Part shown: positions 14,885-29,218 of the stretch, in pieces
How the letters are laid out: the number at the start of each line of letters is the position of its first letter
How positions within the stretch are numbered: position 1 is the stretch's first letter
Notes under the pieces: model-generated
What the model was told of the DNA's origin: nothing
What the model saw: the letters and a program-made list of their open reading frames with translations, nothing else
The model's database searches: none
Made by a program: the position numbers and the translations under genes
From: the human T2T-CHM13v2.0 reference genome, Homo sapiens
Direction: 5' to 3' (one strand)
Length of the DNA: 64,000 nucleotides
Assembly (NCBI RefSeq): GCF_009914755.1
Contig: NC_060935.1

Positions 14885-15700
14885 CATTAGCTAACCATCC
14901 ATTCATTCAACACTATTGAATGCTTGCCACATTCTAAATTCTGTGCCAGGAATAGGGAAATAAGAGAGTATAAAGATGATTTAAACACAGTCCTTCTTAC
15001 TAAAATGTTTCACAATCTAGTTTGGGAAAATAAACATGTCTATAAATTGAGATACTGTGGGACACATTATAAATGCAATAAAAAATATGTGGGTACTCAG
15101 AGGAGGTAGAAAATTCTTCTAATGAATAAAAATAGGAAGGAGTTCATGAAAGTTTAGTATGTGATCTAGATCACAACTTAGGAAATACATATTTGTAAAT
15201 CCAACATATTGAAAAACATTGATTGTATGTCTTATTTGATGCCAGATATTATATTTAGCACTGAAAATTCTCATGTAAAATAATTATTGCATTCATGGAA
15301 TTTAACATGCAAGGAAAGGCAGGAAATTAAATAGTATAGAAGTTATTACAGTGACACAAATATATCCGTTTACATCATGGAAAACCTGACCCTGCCATAG
15401 AGTTTTTAGAGAGTGATTTTCAGAAGAAATAACAGTTAAACTTAATTTTGAAGGAAAGAAAATTAATTAATGGGGTAAAATCTTTGTGAGAAGAGAAATA
15501 TGGTAAAAGGACAGATGTTCTAGACTGAGACAAAGTCCAAGTAGGTCAGCATGGTGGGGTGGCATAAAAGAGCCTTTACTCATCCAATCACATACAAACA
15601 ACACCTAAAAAGCACATGATATCAAAGTTGGAAAGATAAGCATGGTTTTGCGTATTGTATATTGTCAGGGAATGAGGAATGTGACAAGGGCAGAATAAAA
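14885..15700 (-). mobile_element. Degraded L2 fragments
   Basis: ccattcattcaacactattgaatgc...tgtgccagg and caacatattg...tgccagatattat L2-type 3' ends; boundaries approximate. Confidence 0.5.
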
Positions 15701-17640
15701 TCATATTGTATTTTATATACATGGAATTTATTCTTAAGGATTTTAGCAGGATTGTTCTACATTCAGCGTGTACTCTGTCTATTCAAATCCTTATAATCAG
15801 AGATGGAGATAATGACAAGAACATTCTAGCCAATGCACATAAAGGTGCATAAATAGGAATATGTGAATATGTGCAGAGTAGAGGAAGTAGCTCACCAGTA
15901 CAGAAATGGATGAATTACAGAGATTAGTAGGTGGGATCAGACTAGATTATTGAGTACATTGTAACTATGCTAGGAAGTTGACACTGTATTCTGTGCTTTA
16001 TTAATACTGATGTGGTAGTCCTGTGTTGTACGGAGTAAGAGACAGAAAGCCTGTCAAAGGAGACCAGTTAGGAATTGTAACACGAGGGTAAATTAGATTG
16101 TAAAAGGCCAAAACTAGGATAACTGAATAGAAAAGGGCCATGAAAGATACTCAGGTAATAAAGTCCACAATTAGAACATTTTTTAGTCTGTTTTTGGCTG
16201 ATATGCTGATTACCAAGGAGAGGTAAGCAAGGGTATCTATAAACATTTATCACAATTATTACAGATTAGAACCAAAAAACAAATCACTTTTGAAAATCTA
16301 GTAAACCTACTGAGTTAATATACTTAGCATGGAAATATCCATGCTAATCCATACACAACTCAAATGTGTAAATCTTTTACTTATTTAATTAACCTTACTC
16401 TAGCAGAAATTTTTAGACAAAATAATAAGCTGCTTCCAGATTTCTGGGTGTGACTTCATCCATGCTGAGAACCTTTTGCTTGTCATGTGTGGTTTTGGGT
16501 TCTTTAGGATGGTGAATGGTGAATTTAAGAATGTGGAACTCTAGGAAGGTCTAGAAAATATTGCTCCAGAGCATGAATTCGTTGATTTTAGCTTAGATTT
16601 TGCACCTATAGTTCAGAAGTCCAGTAACTGGCTTCACTTGTTGAAAGCTTTATTGAGTATTGGTGAAGCTTTTTGGAAGCTAAAACATATACTGAAAGCA
16701 AGCAATATTGCAAGCCTTGTAATATGCTACAGATATAGGTCCTACTTTCCATGCCACTTTGCATTTTATTTCTCTTTAGGCTATCTTAGGAGACAGTTAT
16801 AAAGAATTTTACACAATGATATAACTTCCTTGTCTATAAAACTTAAATTTTAGTGACATACATTCCAGTGTAATCTTGTTTCCTCTTATTAGAAAGAATC
16901 CAATTGTTTTTTCCTTGGCAAGAATGATATCACCCAAGATACATTATTTACCCAGATGAAAAAAATAGAAAAAAGAAGGGAAAAAAGCTGTTTTTTAATA
17001 ATCTGCTTCTGTAGAAAACAATTCATAAAGGCAAAATGAAATATATATATATATACCTAGTATAATAAAACGAACCCTTAGACATAGAAAATGTTCTGTT
17101 TCTGTAATTCTAGTGACTCTGATCACCCTAGCAATCTTAGGCTTATTTGATGATACAAAATATATTATTCTGTTTCTCCTGAACAATCTGAAAAGTACAG
17201 TCTATTAAAGTACTCCCTCTGATCCACTAGATAGAAGGCTACACACAAAGCCTTGATAGTGGTAAGCCCTCAGTAAATATTTGGTAGTGATGAGGATGAT
17301 GATCAATTCTTTCTACTGAGTGGGAACAAGGAACAGTGGTCCTTGCCACTGTATTATATTAGAAAGAAGTGTTACACTACTCTCATACAACAGTTTGTAA
17401 TTTACTGGCATGTTTACATTTATGGGTCTAATGTAATCCTCCCAAAATCTCTGAGGAAGGAATAATGTTCTTTACCTCCTGCTTCTTGGAAAGGAGAAAA
17501 GCAAGCCTGAAGAAAGTGACTAGTGATTATAGTCACTAGGTTGCATATTTTAAAACAGCAGGTGCAAGGCCCACAATAAGAGATTCAACTCTCATTAGTA
17601 AACAAGATGAGAGCTCCACATGAACTTCCATGGTAGATGG

Positions 17641-18057
17641 TGTGTTCGGCTGTTCTTGTTTTGCTATAAATAAATACCTGAGGCTGAGTGATTTACAAAG
17701 AAAAGAGGTTTAATTGGCTCACAGTTCTGCAGGTTTGCAGGAAGCATGGTGCTGCCTGTTTCCGGTGAGGATCTCAGGAAGCTTACAGTCATGGAGAAAA
17801 CCAAAGGGGGAGCAGACATCTCACATGGTGAGAGTAGGAGCAAGTGAGAGCAAGTAGGGAGGTGCCACACACTTTTAAATAGTGAGTTCTCACATGAACT
17901 CAGAATGATAACTCATTTGTCACCAAGAGAATGGTGTTAAACTACTCATGGGAGATCCACCCTCATGATCTAATCACCTCGCATCAGGTCCACCTCCAAC
18001 ATTGGGAATCATATTTCAACAAGAGATTTGGAAGGGACAAACATCCAAACTATACCA
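17641..18057 (-). mobile_element. MaLR solo LTR, MSTB-like
   Basis: tgctataaataaatacctgaggctg...aaaagaggtttaattggctcacagttctgcagg...acatccaaactatacca. Confidence 0.9.
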
Positions 18058-18159
18058 GGTGACAAGATGGCTAAGGGTACAGCTTTGGTCTCTTCTCAAT
18101 ATTGAATCTCAAGTGCCTCACTGGTTTCAGACATACCATAGGTGCTTAGTATACATGTC

Positions 18160-18300
18160 TTTCTTTTTTTTTTTTTTTTTTAGAGATGGGGTCTCACTGC
18201 ATTGCCCAGACTGGTCTTGAACTCTTGGGCTGAAGAAATCCTCCTGCCTCAGCCTCCTGACTAACACTACAGGGCACACCATCACCCAGCTAATTTTTAA

Positions 18301-18351
<51 letters not shown>

Positions 18352-18950
18352 TTGGCAGAGACAAGATCTTGTCATGTTGCCCAGCCTGGTCTGGAACTCC
18401 TGGGCTCAAGCAATTCTCCCACATCAGCCTTCTAAAGTGCTGGGATTGTAACAATACTGACTCCATTTTAGAGAAAAACTTGCTTACTTGAATGTAATTA
18501 TTGCCTTGCTTGAGTTTGTAGATTATTCACTTCAAACAACCTCAGGAAAATAGGACCTTCAACAGAGATAAAGAAAACACCTCTACCAATAACTCTGGGA
18601 ATGGGCTGACCAGTCTGATAAGAATAGGCTAATAGCAACTGTGGAAGGTCACAGAACACTGACCAAGAAAGCAATAATTAACTGCCCACTTGAGACAGCT
18701 CATTTTTCACAATAATGTTTTGATCATCATTTTCCCTAATTTCCTTTAAAAATCCCTGATCCAGAGAAACAACTTAGAGAAGTGGTCTTTGAATGCTATT
18801 TCACTGCCTCTCCCAAGTTGATGACTTCTCCCATAATGCTAATTTTCCTTTCACTAAAGCTCGTCTCTTGGGTTTTTGGCTTTCATGCAATGAGTAGCCC
18901 AGATCTGAGTTTGATTCTAGGACTAAAGGTGTGAGCCATGAAACCTGGCC
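18160..18950 (-). mobile_element. Old AluJ/FLAM-type dimer with (TTA)n linker, split by an ERV LTR
   Basis: Poly-T at 18160, monomer to about 18300, (TTA)n 18305-18352, second monomer to tgggat 18446, resuming at taaaggtgtgagcc...cctggcc 18950. Confidence 0.85.
18447..18919 (+). mobile_element. ERV1-class solo LTR (family not assigned)
   Basis: tgtaacaatactgactccatttt start, ttttggctttc...ctgagtttgattcta end; 4-bp TSD ggat/ggac; cleanly interrupts the Alu. Confidence 0.8.
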
Positions 18951-19069
18951 TTGTTTCTTGAATAGATGGACAAATGGAAAGATATTACAAAAAGTAGACC
19001 TGCATTAAGCAATGGAATTTGTGTCAAGAATTGTGTTATATTAGACTTAGTGGACAAAACACAACGCAT

Positions 19070-19506
19070 TGAAAGGAATATTATACCATAGAATTAATGT
19101 TTATAGTTTTTTGAATAAATATAGAAATTGACCCTCCCAGTCTTAAAATTCGAAACTTACATTTGTGTTTATTTCCCAGGAAACTGACCCTCAGGTCAGG
19201 AACTGAAACTTACCAGCTCACGCATCCAGCCAATGAGAAGTAAAACCCCTCATTCATCACGATTGCTTCCTTACCCCTCCGTAATTCCTGTTTTCCTGTA
19301 CATAGCTAATACATTCCTTACCTGCTGTACAAATCTCCAATATATTCAGTTGAGTTACACAGGTTTGAGGTTTGGCTCCCACCTCTACAGCTGACGTCAC
19401 CCAAATGAAAAGCCTGCTTCCCTGGCAATACTTGTTGTCTTGGTGATTGGTTTCCTGTGCTGCAAACATTTGAGACCTAGATGGAACCCCTGGCATTTCA
19501 GTAACA
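19070..19506 (+). mobile_element. ERV1 MER4-group solo LTR (MER39/MER34-like)
   Basis: gaaattgaccctcccagtcttaaaa...caggaaactgaccctcagg...cctggcaatacttgttgtcttggtgattgg...gaacccctggcatttcagtaaca. Confidence 0.75.
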
Positions 19507-22500
19507 ACGTTTACAATTTTTATATTGTAACAGAGTAACAATGTTAGTCATTTATCTATGACACATAGAAGAGAGCAGATAGAACTCCATGTCGTGGTAA
19601 TATGACAGAAGGAGGAAAAGATGGTTGCAGCTGTGTTCAAGTTTGCAGATTTTGTGTTAAGATAAAGACAAAGCTACCGTCTGGGGACCTCTATATTATT
19701 CAATCTGAGGAGAATAATAGAGGTTGTGTAATAAGTTTGAGGATATGAGAGTACGATACTATATAGCCAGCCTTTCCTCTCACATTTTAAGTTTCATCTT
19801 TCATGCCACCTCTTGCAATGCTATCTCCCGCCAGAGGCCTTCCCTGGTCACACTATCCCATGTACTATGTAACCCCACTCCCAACTAGTCTACTGCTTGA
19901 TTTATTTCCTTCACAACACTTTTCACTATGTTAGTTTATTTACTTATTGTCTTTTTGCCCTAGTGTTTTGTTGGTTCAACTGGACAAAGGATGCTGAACT
20001 TGTTCATATCTATTTCGATTATCTTAATTTCCATTAGAACTTAAGGTAATATTTATTAAAAAAAACAGTGATTATAGGCTGAAAGGTAAAAGAAGATGGG
20101 GGAACTTTCTTTCTTGATCAAATGATAGGTTTCACAGCAGAGAAAAATTTCTTTGGGGAGGAAATAGGAAGTTATCGTCTACGTTGCTAAGAGTGGGAGT
20201 GGTGGGGGGAAGGAGAGGGACAGTTCAGTGACAACAGCAACTGAAATTCAGCTGAATAGCCAGGGGAGTCATAGCCTGAGCAGCCTCTCGTGGAGCAAGC
20301 CACAACCACTCTGAGCCTTGGTTTACTCTGACATGAAAAGATTTTAGGTGGTCTCTAAGACCTCCAGCCTCTTAAATAACATGGTGATTCTTTTTACTCT
20401 GTTTTGCCATTGCATCTTGTGTGTATCTGTATAATAAATTTTGCCACATTCCTTCACCCTTGCTTTGTGCATATACGGTACTTGTTTATTCTCTTCACGA
20501 CTATAATTCAAACGCATGTGAGAGAACAGTTGGAGGTGGGGTGGATGGCTACTGAATTTAAATATTTTTGTTTGTAAGCAGATTTGAATTAACATATGGT
20601 CCTCTGCAGTTGTGTGAAGGTAAAGTGCTAGGCAGATATTTCTATGGACCACTGGACAAGAGTTATTCTGGTTCATTTCTTCTAAAGCATCCAGTCCAAA
20701 TTGTTTCCGTACTCTTCTTTTTAGAGTAACTTATATGACTTTCTAAATCTTTTCACTTGGCTGCCACAGATTTGAGACAGATAATATATTTTTCTGTCTT
20801 TTTGTCTGTTCTAAATGTCCAGGCTGCAGGAGACAATAAAACAGGCTATGAATTCCTGAGCTGGTTTCCATTCATAGGAGACATTAAGCTCCACAAGATT
20901 GATCAAATTTCACATCACCAGGTGCCTGCAGCCCTGAGAGTGCCTTACATAATTATTTAATTTATAGTTGTAAATCACATTTGGATCATAAAATTCCAGC
21001 TAGATAAGTGTATGGAGCAAACATGTAATTAAGATTAGAGTCCTCACAAAGAAGGTGACTATTATTTATGGTCATTACCATCCTGATACTGTAAAATGAA
21101 CTGACGTTTTAGGATTCTTAAATTACTTAAGGGTCCTAAGGTAATTTAATATTCATTAATAAACCCAACTAAACTAGTACAAATTATTGACATTGACCAT
21201 AGAGCTGCAAATTTAAAAAACTGTTGTGCTTCCTTGTAAAATATTTGAAGTTTAAAGTGGCAATCTGAATGGAAAAATTATATGACTGCTTACTAGTGAA
21301 GTACATTTACATTGTCATCCTAATTGATATGCTTAGAAGTTTAAACCATGGTATATTTTCTTCTCTACCTGTTTTGTTTGTTTGTTTGTTCCCACATAGT
21401 ACTTTGAGGGAGGATATCTTAGTCCCATCTTTCTAACCCCAGCTGCAGCTCAATGCCACACAACAAACTTCATCAGCTAAGAAAATAACTGCTAATTAAA
21501 ATTACTGAAATAAAATATTTTCAATGGATATTAAGCAGTCATACAAAACATATTTTCAAGAGTTTTGAGAATATGAAGAAAATTATTGGGTTATAATATT
21601 ATGTATTACACTGAAAGAGTGTGATCACAAATATGAAATGAACCTTTGTCATATGCGGTTATCTCTCTCTGCTCTAGGTAATGGAATTATATTTAATTTT
21701 AGTTCCTTTCCTAGTGTTTATTTTTTATTGCAAATAATACATTGAATGTTTCTCACTTTATAAGAATAAAAAGAAAAAAGTATTTTTAGAAAGATGCCCT
21801 TTTTTATCCTTTTTTATATATGAACCTGTGAATCTGGCTGTGTAAATACTGCAGGTTTAATATTATACAAATTAATAGTACATCAATTGATTATTTTTTA
21901 TTTCTTTGTTTTATACAGGCAAAATTATTATGAATGTGAATATAGTATGCATTTCTTTCCACATCTGTTCTGAGAAAATAAATAATACATGGTAAAGTTC
22001 TAAATCTGACAAAATATAGCTTTTTAGTGGAGGGGAAATAGTAAAGCAGAAGAGCAATAACAACAGAAAAACAGGAATCATTTATACATCTCTCTAGGCT
22101 ATTATATTGGCAAATCTGAAAGGAAAGGAAACGAACCTCGGGTCACATACTTAGTTCTCAATGTGATGATTGCCATTGGTGATTTTTCATTTGGAATATC
22201 CACATCCAGTAGTCTATCTCAGAATGCTTCAATATCAAGTCATTGTGTTTGCTGCATATGTCCTTATACATTGAATAACCATAACAACTTTAATGTGTAT
22301 AAATCTTACAAAATTTCAAAATGCTCTCTTCCATGTTGAAATATGAAGACATTATCTTTTAGATATCTAATGTAATTTAGGTAAACAGGAAAGAAAATAA
22401 AAATAAATATTTATTGAGAAACTACTTGTGTTGATAAAATAAATAATTTTACACATGCTATCTCTTGATTCATCATGGCTCACTGTAAGGTAATTATTAT

Positions 22501-23090
22501 TTCCTGCAGTTGGCAGAATCTTGTCCCAAAGACACTTATGTCTGAATCCGCAGGAAGTGTGAATATCATGTATTATATGGCAAAGAAACTTTGTATCTTT
22601 AATTAAGGTCATAGGCCTTGAAAGTGAGAGATTACTCTGAAATATACAGCTAAATGTAATATAAAAAAGCCCTTAAAGACAGAGAGCTTTCTATAGCTGA
22701 AGGCAGAGAGGCAGTAATAGGGAAAGTCAGTGAGATTCCAAGCATGATAAGGATTCCATGTGTCTTTGCTGGTTCTGAGATGCAGGAGGCCACATGAAAG
22801 GACCAGAGAAAGGCCTCTAAATGTTAAGGGCAACCAGCATAAAAATTAAAATAATTTTTAAAAAAAATGACTTCAATCCTACAACTTATGGAACTGAATT
22901 CTGCCAAAATCCTGAGTGAATTTGGAAGCAGATACTTCCCCAGCCTCCAGAAGATGGCTTAGCCAGGTCAACGCTTTGACTTCAGACATACAAGATCATA
23001 AGAAATGTAGCCACACCACACTGGACACCTGACCTACAGCAATTGTGAGATAATAAACAGGTGGTGGTTTAAGCAGCTAAATTGGAGGTA

Positions 23091-24577
<1,487 letters not shown>

Positions 24578-24984
24578 ATTTGACACAGCGGTTTGAGAAA
24601 GCTAATACATTTTCTCACTTTATGGTTGAGGAAGATTCTGAGGCTCAATAGATCATTTGCTTAAGATCAAACAGCCCTATACGAGGAACTATTTTTCACT
24701 GTAGAACTTTGATTCCAAACTGATTTTTCTACCACACAATAGTTAAAAGGAATTGATAATTATGTGAGACAAATCACCTTCTTTGCCGCATTTTGTCATA
24801 CCACCTAATACGTGAAGATGACAATCATCATCACAGATAATAACATAATAAAAACATTTTTAAATGTGTGCCATATGCCAGATATTTTGCCAAGCACTTT
24901 TAATTACCCATTGTATTGAATATCCACTAACAATAATTTAAATTTGGTTCTGAAACCTTCTTCATCTCTTGATGAAGAAACAGA

Positions 24985-25243
24985 TTTTTTTGTTTGTTTG
25001 TTTGTTTGTTTTGAGACACAGTCTTGCTCTGCCGCCAAGACTGGAGTGCAGTGGCATGATCATGATTCACTGCAGCCTTGAACTCCTGGGCTCAACAATC
25101 CCTCCATCTCAGCCTCCCAAGTAGCTGGGACTACAGGCACGTGCCATGTTTCTCAGGCTGGTCTTAAACTCCTTGTCTTAAGCTATCCCCTCACCTTGGC
25201 CTCTCAAAGTGCTTGGACTATAGGTGTGACACTGCACCTGGCC
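24985..25243 (-). mobile_element. AluJo-like with internal deletion, inserted in a MIR
   Basis: Right arm to ggcacgtgcc joins directly to catgtt...aggctggtctt of the left arm; TSD agaaacaga 24976-24984 / 25244-25252. Confidence 0.85.
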
Positions 25244-25429
25244 AGAAACAGAGTTTTTAAAAGGTTAAATTACTTAGCAAAGTAGGTGGTAGGTTTTCAG
25301 TCTTCCAAGTTGGGTGTTTAAACTTTCGTAAAGTTATACATGAAAGTAAGTTACACAATCTGTGGCCCACAGAAAGAGTCTAAATGTTAGTTTCTGGTTT
25401 TATAATTATTACTGACAACAATAGATACA

Positions 25430-25655
25430 TATTTTTGAGCTCTGACTTCATATGTGTTCCTAGGCATTCATGTAGATATTTCACAAATATGCAGTCACTT
25501 CTCTGCACAGCCATGTGAGATTAATCTTGTGTCAATTTAACAATTAGAGAACTAAGGTTTAAGGAGTATAAATTACTTCTCTGAATCTATAAAGCTAGTA
25601 AATGGCAGTGCCAAATTTAAACCAGGTCTGTGTGACTCTAAAGCCTATGTTTTCA
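25430..25655 (-). mobile_element. MIR
   Basis: tagagaactaaggtttaagga...agctagtaaatggcagtgccaaatttaaaccaggtctgtgtgactctaaagcc. Confidence 0.7.
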
Positions 25656-26267
25656 AATTTCAAAATCTTGAATTTAAAATATTAATCAGAATAAGTGGAG
25701 GAGCACATCTTCTCCTTAGGAATCCATGAAGGTTAATGTTGATCTATGGAAGTAAAAAAAGTCAACCACTTAACCCATCCAAATCTCTCAAGCATTAGAT
25801 TCTGGCTGGAAGACTGCCTTTTCATTGTAAGGCATGTGTGAGCCCAGGGGTGAGGTGAGGGCTCTTGGCCTTGCATGGAGACTCCTGGAAGAAGTATCCT
25901 CTATGTCAGAGACAGGACATCCTCTCTGATCCCTTCAAATAAATGATTATGTCTTGAAACTCAGGAATGTGGGAAGGAACCTTCAGGGCCAATACAGCTT
26001 TGATGTAAATCATTTCCTAGTGCTGAAGAAGTGTGCTTCCAACACTGATGCCACCTGAAAACAAATGATTATACTACATATTTAATCAGGGGCCCTCCTG
26101 AGAGCCTTCTGCTCTCACTCGGGCGAAGGATAGCCTATCTTCTTATGAATGCTCTAAAAGCTTTGTCACAGGCAACAAAAATGTGTTCGTTTTTTCTTTA
26201 CAAAGGCATTGTAATTAGACCAATACTATGAGATTATTTTCTAAGGGCCAACGGAAATGTACACATA

Positions 26268-26470
26268 TAGTGAGTTCTCACTGGCCATTGTTGATAGGTT
26301 CTTGGAAATATTAACTTTAAATAAGGTGATATCTATCAAAACCAATTTTTTCTCATTAACACTACAATAAAATGACATTGAAGTAAGCAATATTTTCGAG
26401 ATTATAGGTTGATTTAATTAAATTCAGTGTTTCTAAAAACCCATCAACGATGTTAAGTGAAGACTTGCTG
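26268..26470. mobile_element. MER6-family (TcMar-Tigger) palindromic MITE
   Basis: About 55-bp degenerate TIRs (ctcactggccattgttgataggttcttggaaa / tttctaaaaacccatcaacgatgttaagtgaagacttgctg), TA on both sides. Confidence 0.8.
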
Positions 26471-26477
26471 TATTTAA

Positions 26478-26782
<305 letters not shown>

Positions 26783-26870
26783 TAAGGGATACATTCTTAT
26801 TTCCATTTTATTGATGAGGTAGCTAAGACTCTAAGTAGCTAAATACATTGTTCAGATTAAAAAACAAAGA

Positions 26871-27195
<325 letters not shown>

Positions 27196-27936
27196 TCATT
27201 GGTTTTAATTTGTGATATAACTTGTTTAGTGTCTTCTCTGGTTGTTGGTAGTGGCAGTGGTAATGTTATCTTTGTCATCATCATCATTTTTAAATATTGT
27301 AAATGCACTTCAAGCTCTTTTGGTTATAGCAAGTATGGAATATACTTACACAGCAATTGCTTATTTAGATTAATATTAGGATATAGTCATTGGTGCCGTG
27401 GTAGATGGTATTTGTACTGCACTTTGATTCACCAAGTGTTAACCTATGGGTTTAATGTTCACAAATCTACAGCTCACGTAAACGTATCACCATCACTTCA
27501 TAGATGAGAAACAGAGGCTGAGGGGGGTTAAGTGATAAATCCGAGATTTCACAGACAGTGAGGGGTTGCACCAGCCCCCGCGTCCTGGTTTCCACGGTGC
27601 CAATCACATGCCGTTTTCACAATTCCACAAACAGTAATTAATAAACAACTGGGAAAAAGAATCACTTCATTGAATTCTTACATTTTTCTATAGTGCCTCT
27701 CTTTCTAAATTTTAACTTTCCACCATGATGCTAGTATAGGTACTTTTGCATTAGACTCTTATCATTTCTTTACAGGGCTTGTCTCCTTGCTCAACAGATT
27801 GTGGAAAACCTACACAATTTCTACACATCAACATGGAATCATTGAATAAAGAAAAACCAGAGCAAAACCCTACCCCTCTCCCAAATTACAAGTCTTTCTC
27901 TGAGTATCTTAGAAATTCTTATGTGATGAGCCAAGA

Positions 27937-28164
27937 GTTTTACTTTCTCGGGTAATAAATCCCTTTTCTTGGGGAAAATACCCAAAATATATGTTACTAA
28001 TGGAAAGCTAATAATATCTAATTCCAAGATGATACTACTCTTATTCTTAGGTTTTACTTTCTCGGGTAATAAATCCCTTTTCTTGGGGAAAATACCCAAA
28101 ATATATGTTACTAATGGAAAGCTAATAATATCTAATTCCAAGATGATACTACTCTTATTCTTAG
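27937..28164. repeat. Perfect 2 x 114-bp tandem duplication
   Basis: 27937-28050 is identical to 28051-28164; 2-bp GT microhomology at 28165-28166. Confidence 0.97.
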
Positions 28165-29039
28165 GTATGCTTTTATCATTGAAGTAGCATATTTTAAAAA
28201 CATATCTGACATTTCTAGACTAATCTCTCTAAAATGGCGATTCCTGGTTCTAGTCATTCAGAGCAATGGCACTTTTATTTATCTAGAATATCTATGTAAT
28301 TACCACGGAAAATTTCTGTTCCACTCAAGTTTTACCTCCTCAAGACCTTTCCTGAGTCATTAGTCTAATTTAGTATTCCTTCACTCTATGTCTCTAAAGC
28401 AACTGTTTTATATCTGTAGCACAATATTTTGTTATTGTCATTTTACTGGAACATATCTCTTACTTGTCTTTTAGTTTAGTCTTCCTTTTCCTTTACTCAT
28501 ATTCCCAAGGCAGAGGAGAATAATAATATTCTATACTCAGTAAGTTCTCATTCAATAAATAAATATAGTAACAAAATTTTAGAAATGTGGCTAACTGGAA
28601 TATAAACATATATTTCTATATATTTTGATATATGAGAATGATTTTCAACAGAGATGATTGCATATAATGTTTGTCCATAAAAGATTCTGTTAAGGGCAAA
28701 AAACTTAACCTTTACAGATAAAAATCTAGACTGATTAAGGGAAGACCTTAGCACCTTAGCAGTTATCTATAGGAACTGATTACTAACTATTATTGATAGA
28801 GGTACAGAAGACTTAATTTGCAATGTAAGTGATACGTCTGTCATTGTTATGAATTGTCTACCTGGAATTGTAGCTGGTTCTTGGGGGGAGGGTATGCAAC
28901 ACGGAGGTTTGCAAAACACTTCTGTCTAGTTTCCTTCTGACTTCACTTCAGGGTAACAGAATGTACAATGATAGGTTTTTAGCTAATATAGGTGGTTTTA
29001 GCTAACATAGGTGGATAAGCTCTTGAGGAACTCACAGCA

Positions 29040-29218
29040 TATATTATAATGTTTCAAATAGCCAGGAGGAGAATATTGAATGTTCCCAACATAAAGAAAT
29101 GATAAATGTCTGAGCTAATTACACTGATCTGATCACTATACATTATATGCATCACAATATCACAATGTACCTCATAAATATGTATCATTATTAAGTGTCA
29201 ATTAAGAAATAAAAGAAA
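29040..29218 (+). mobile_element. L1MA 3' terminal fragment
   Basis: ttgaatgttcccaacataaagaaatgataaatgt...ctgatctgatcactatacatt...tgtcaattaagaaataaaa. Confidence 0.75.

Noticed and set aside
27937-28164. Direct repeats as a CRISPR-like array
   Set aside because: Only two abutting units, no spacers, eukaryotic context
27839-28187. ORFs on both strands with an internal 38-aa repeat, as stand-alone genes
   Set aside because: The repeat simply reflects the 114-bp duplication; no promoter or homology support. Kept only as an exon hypothesis
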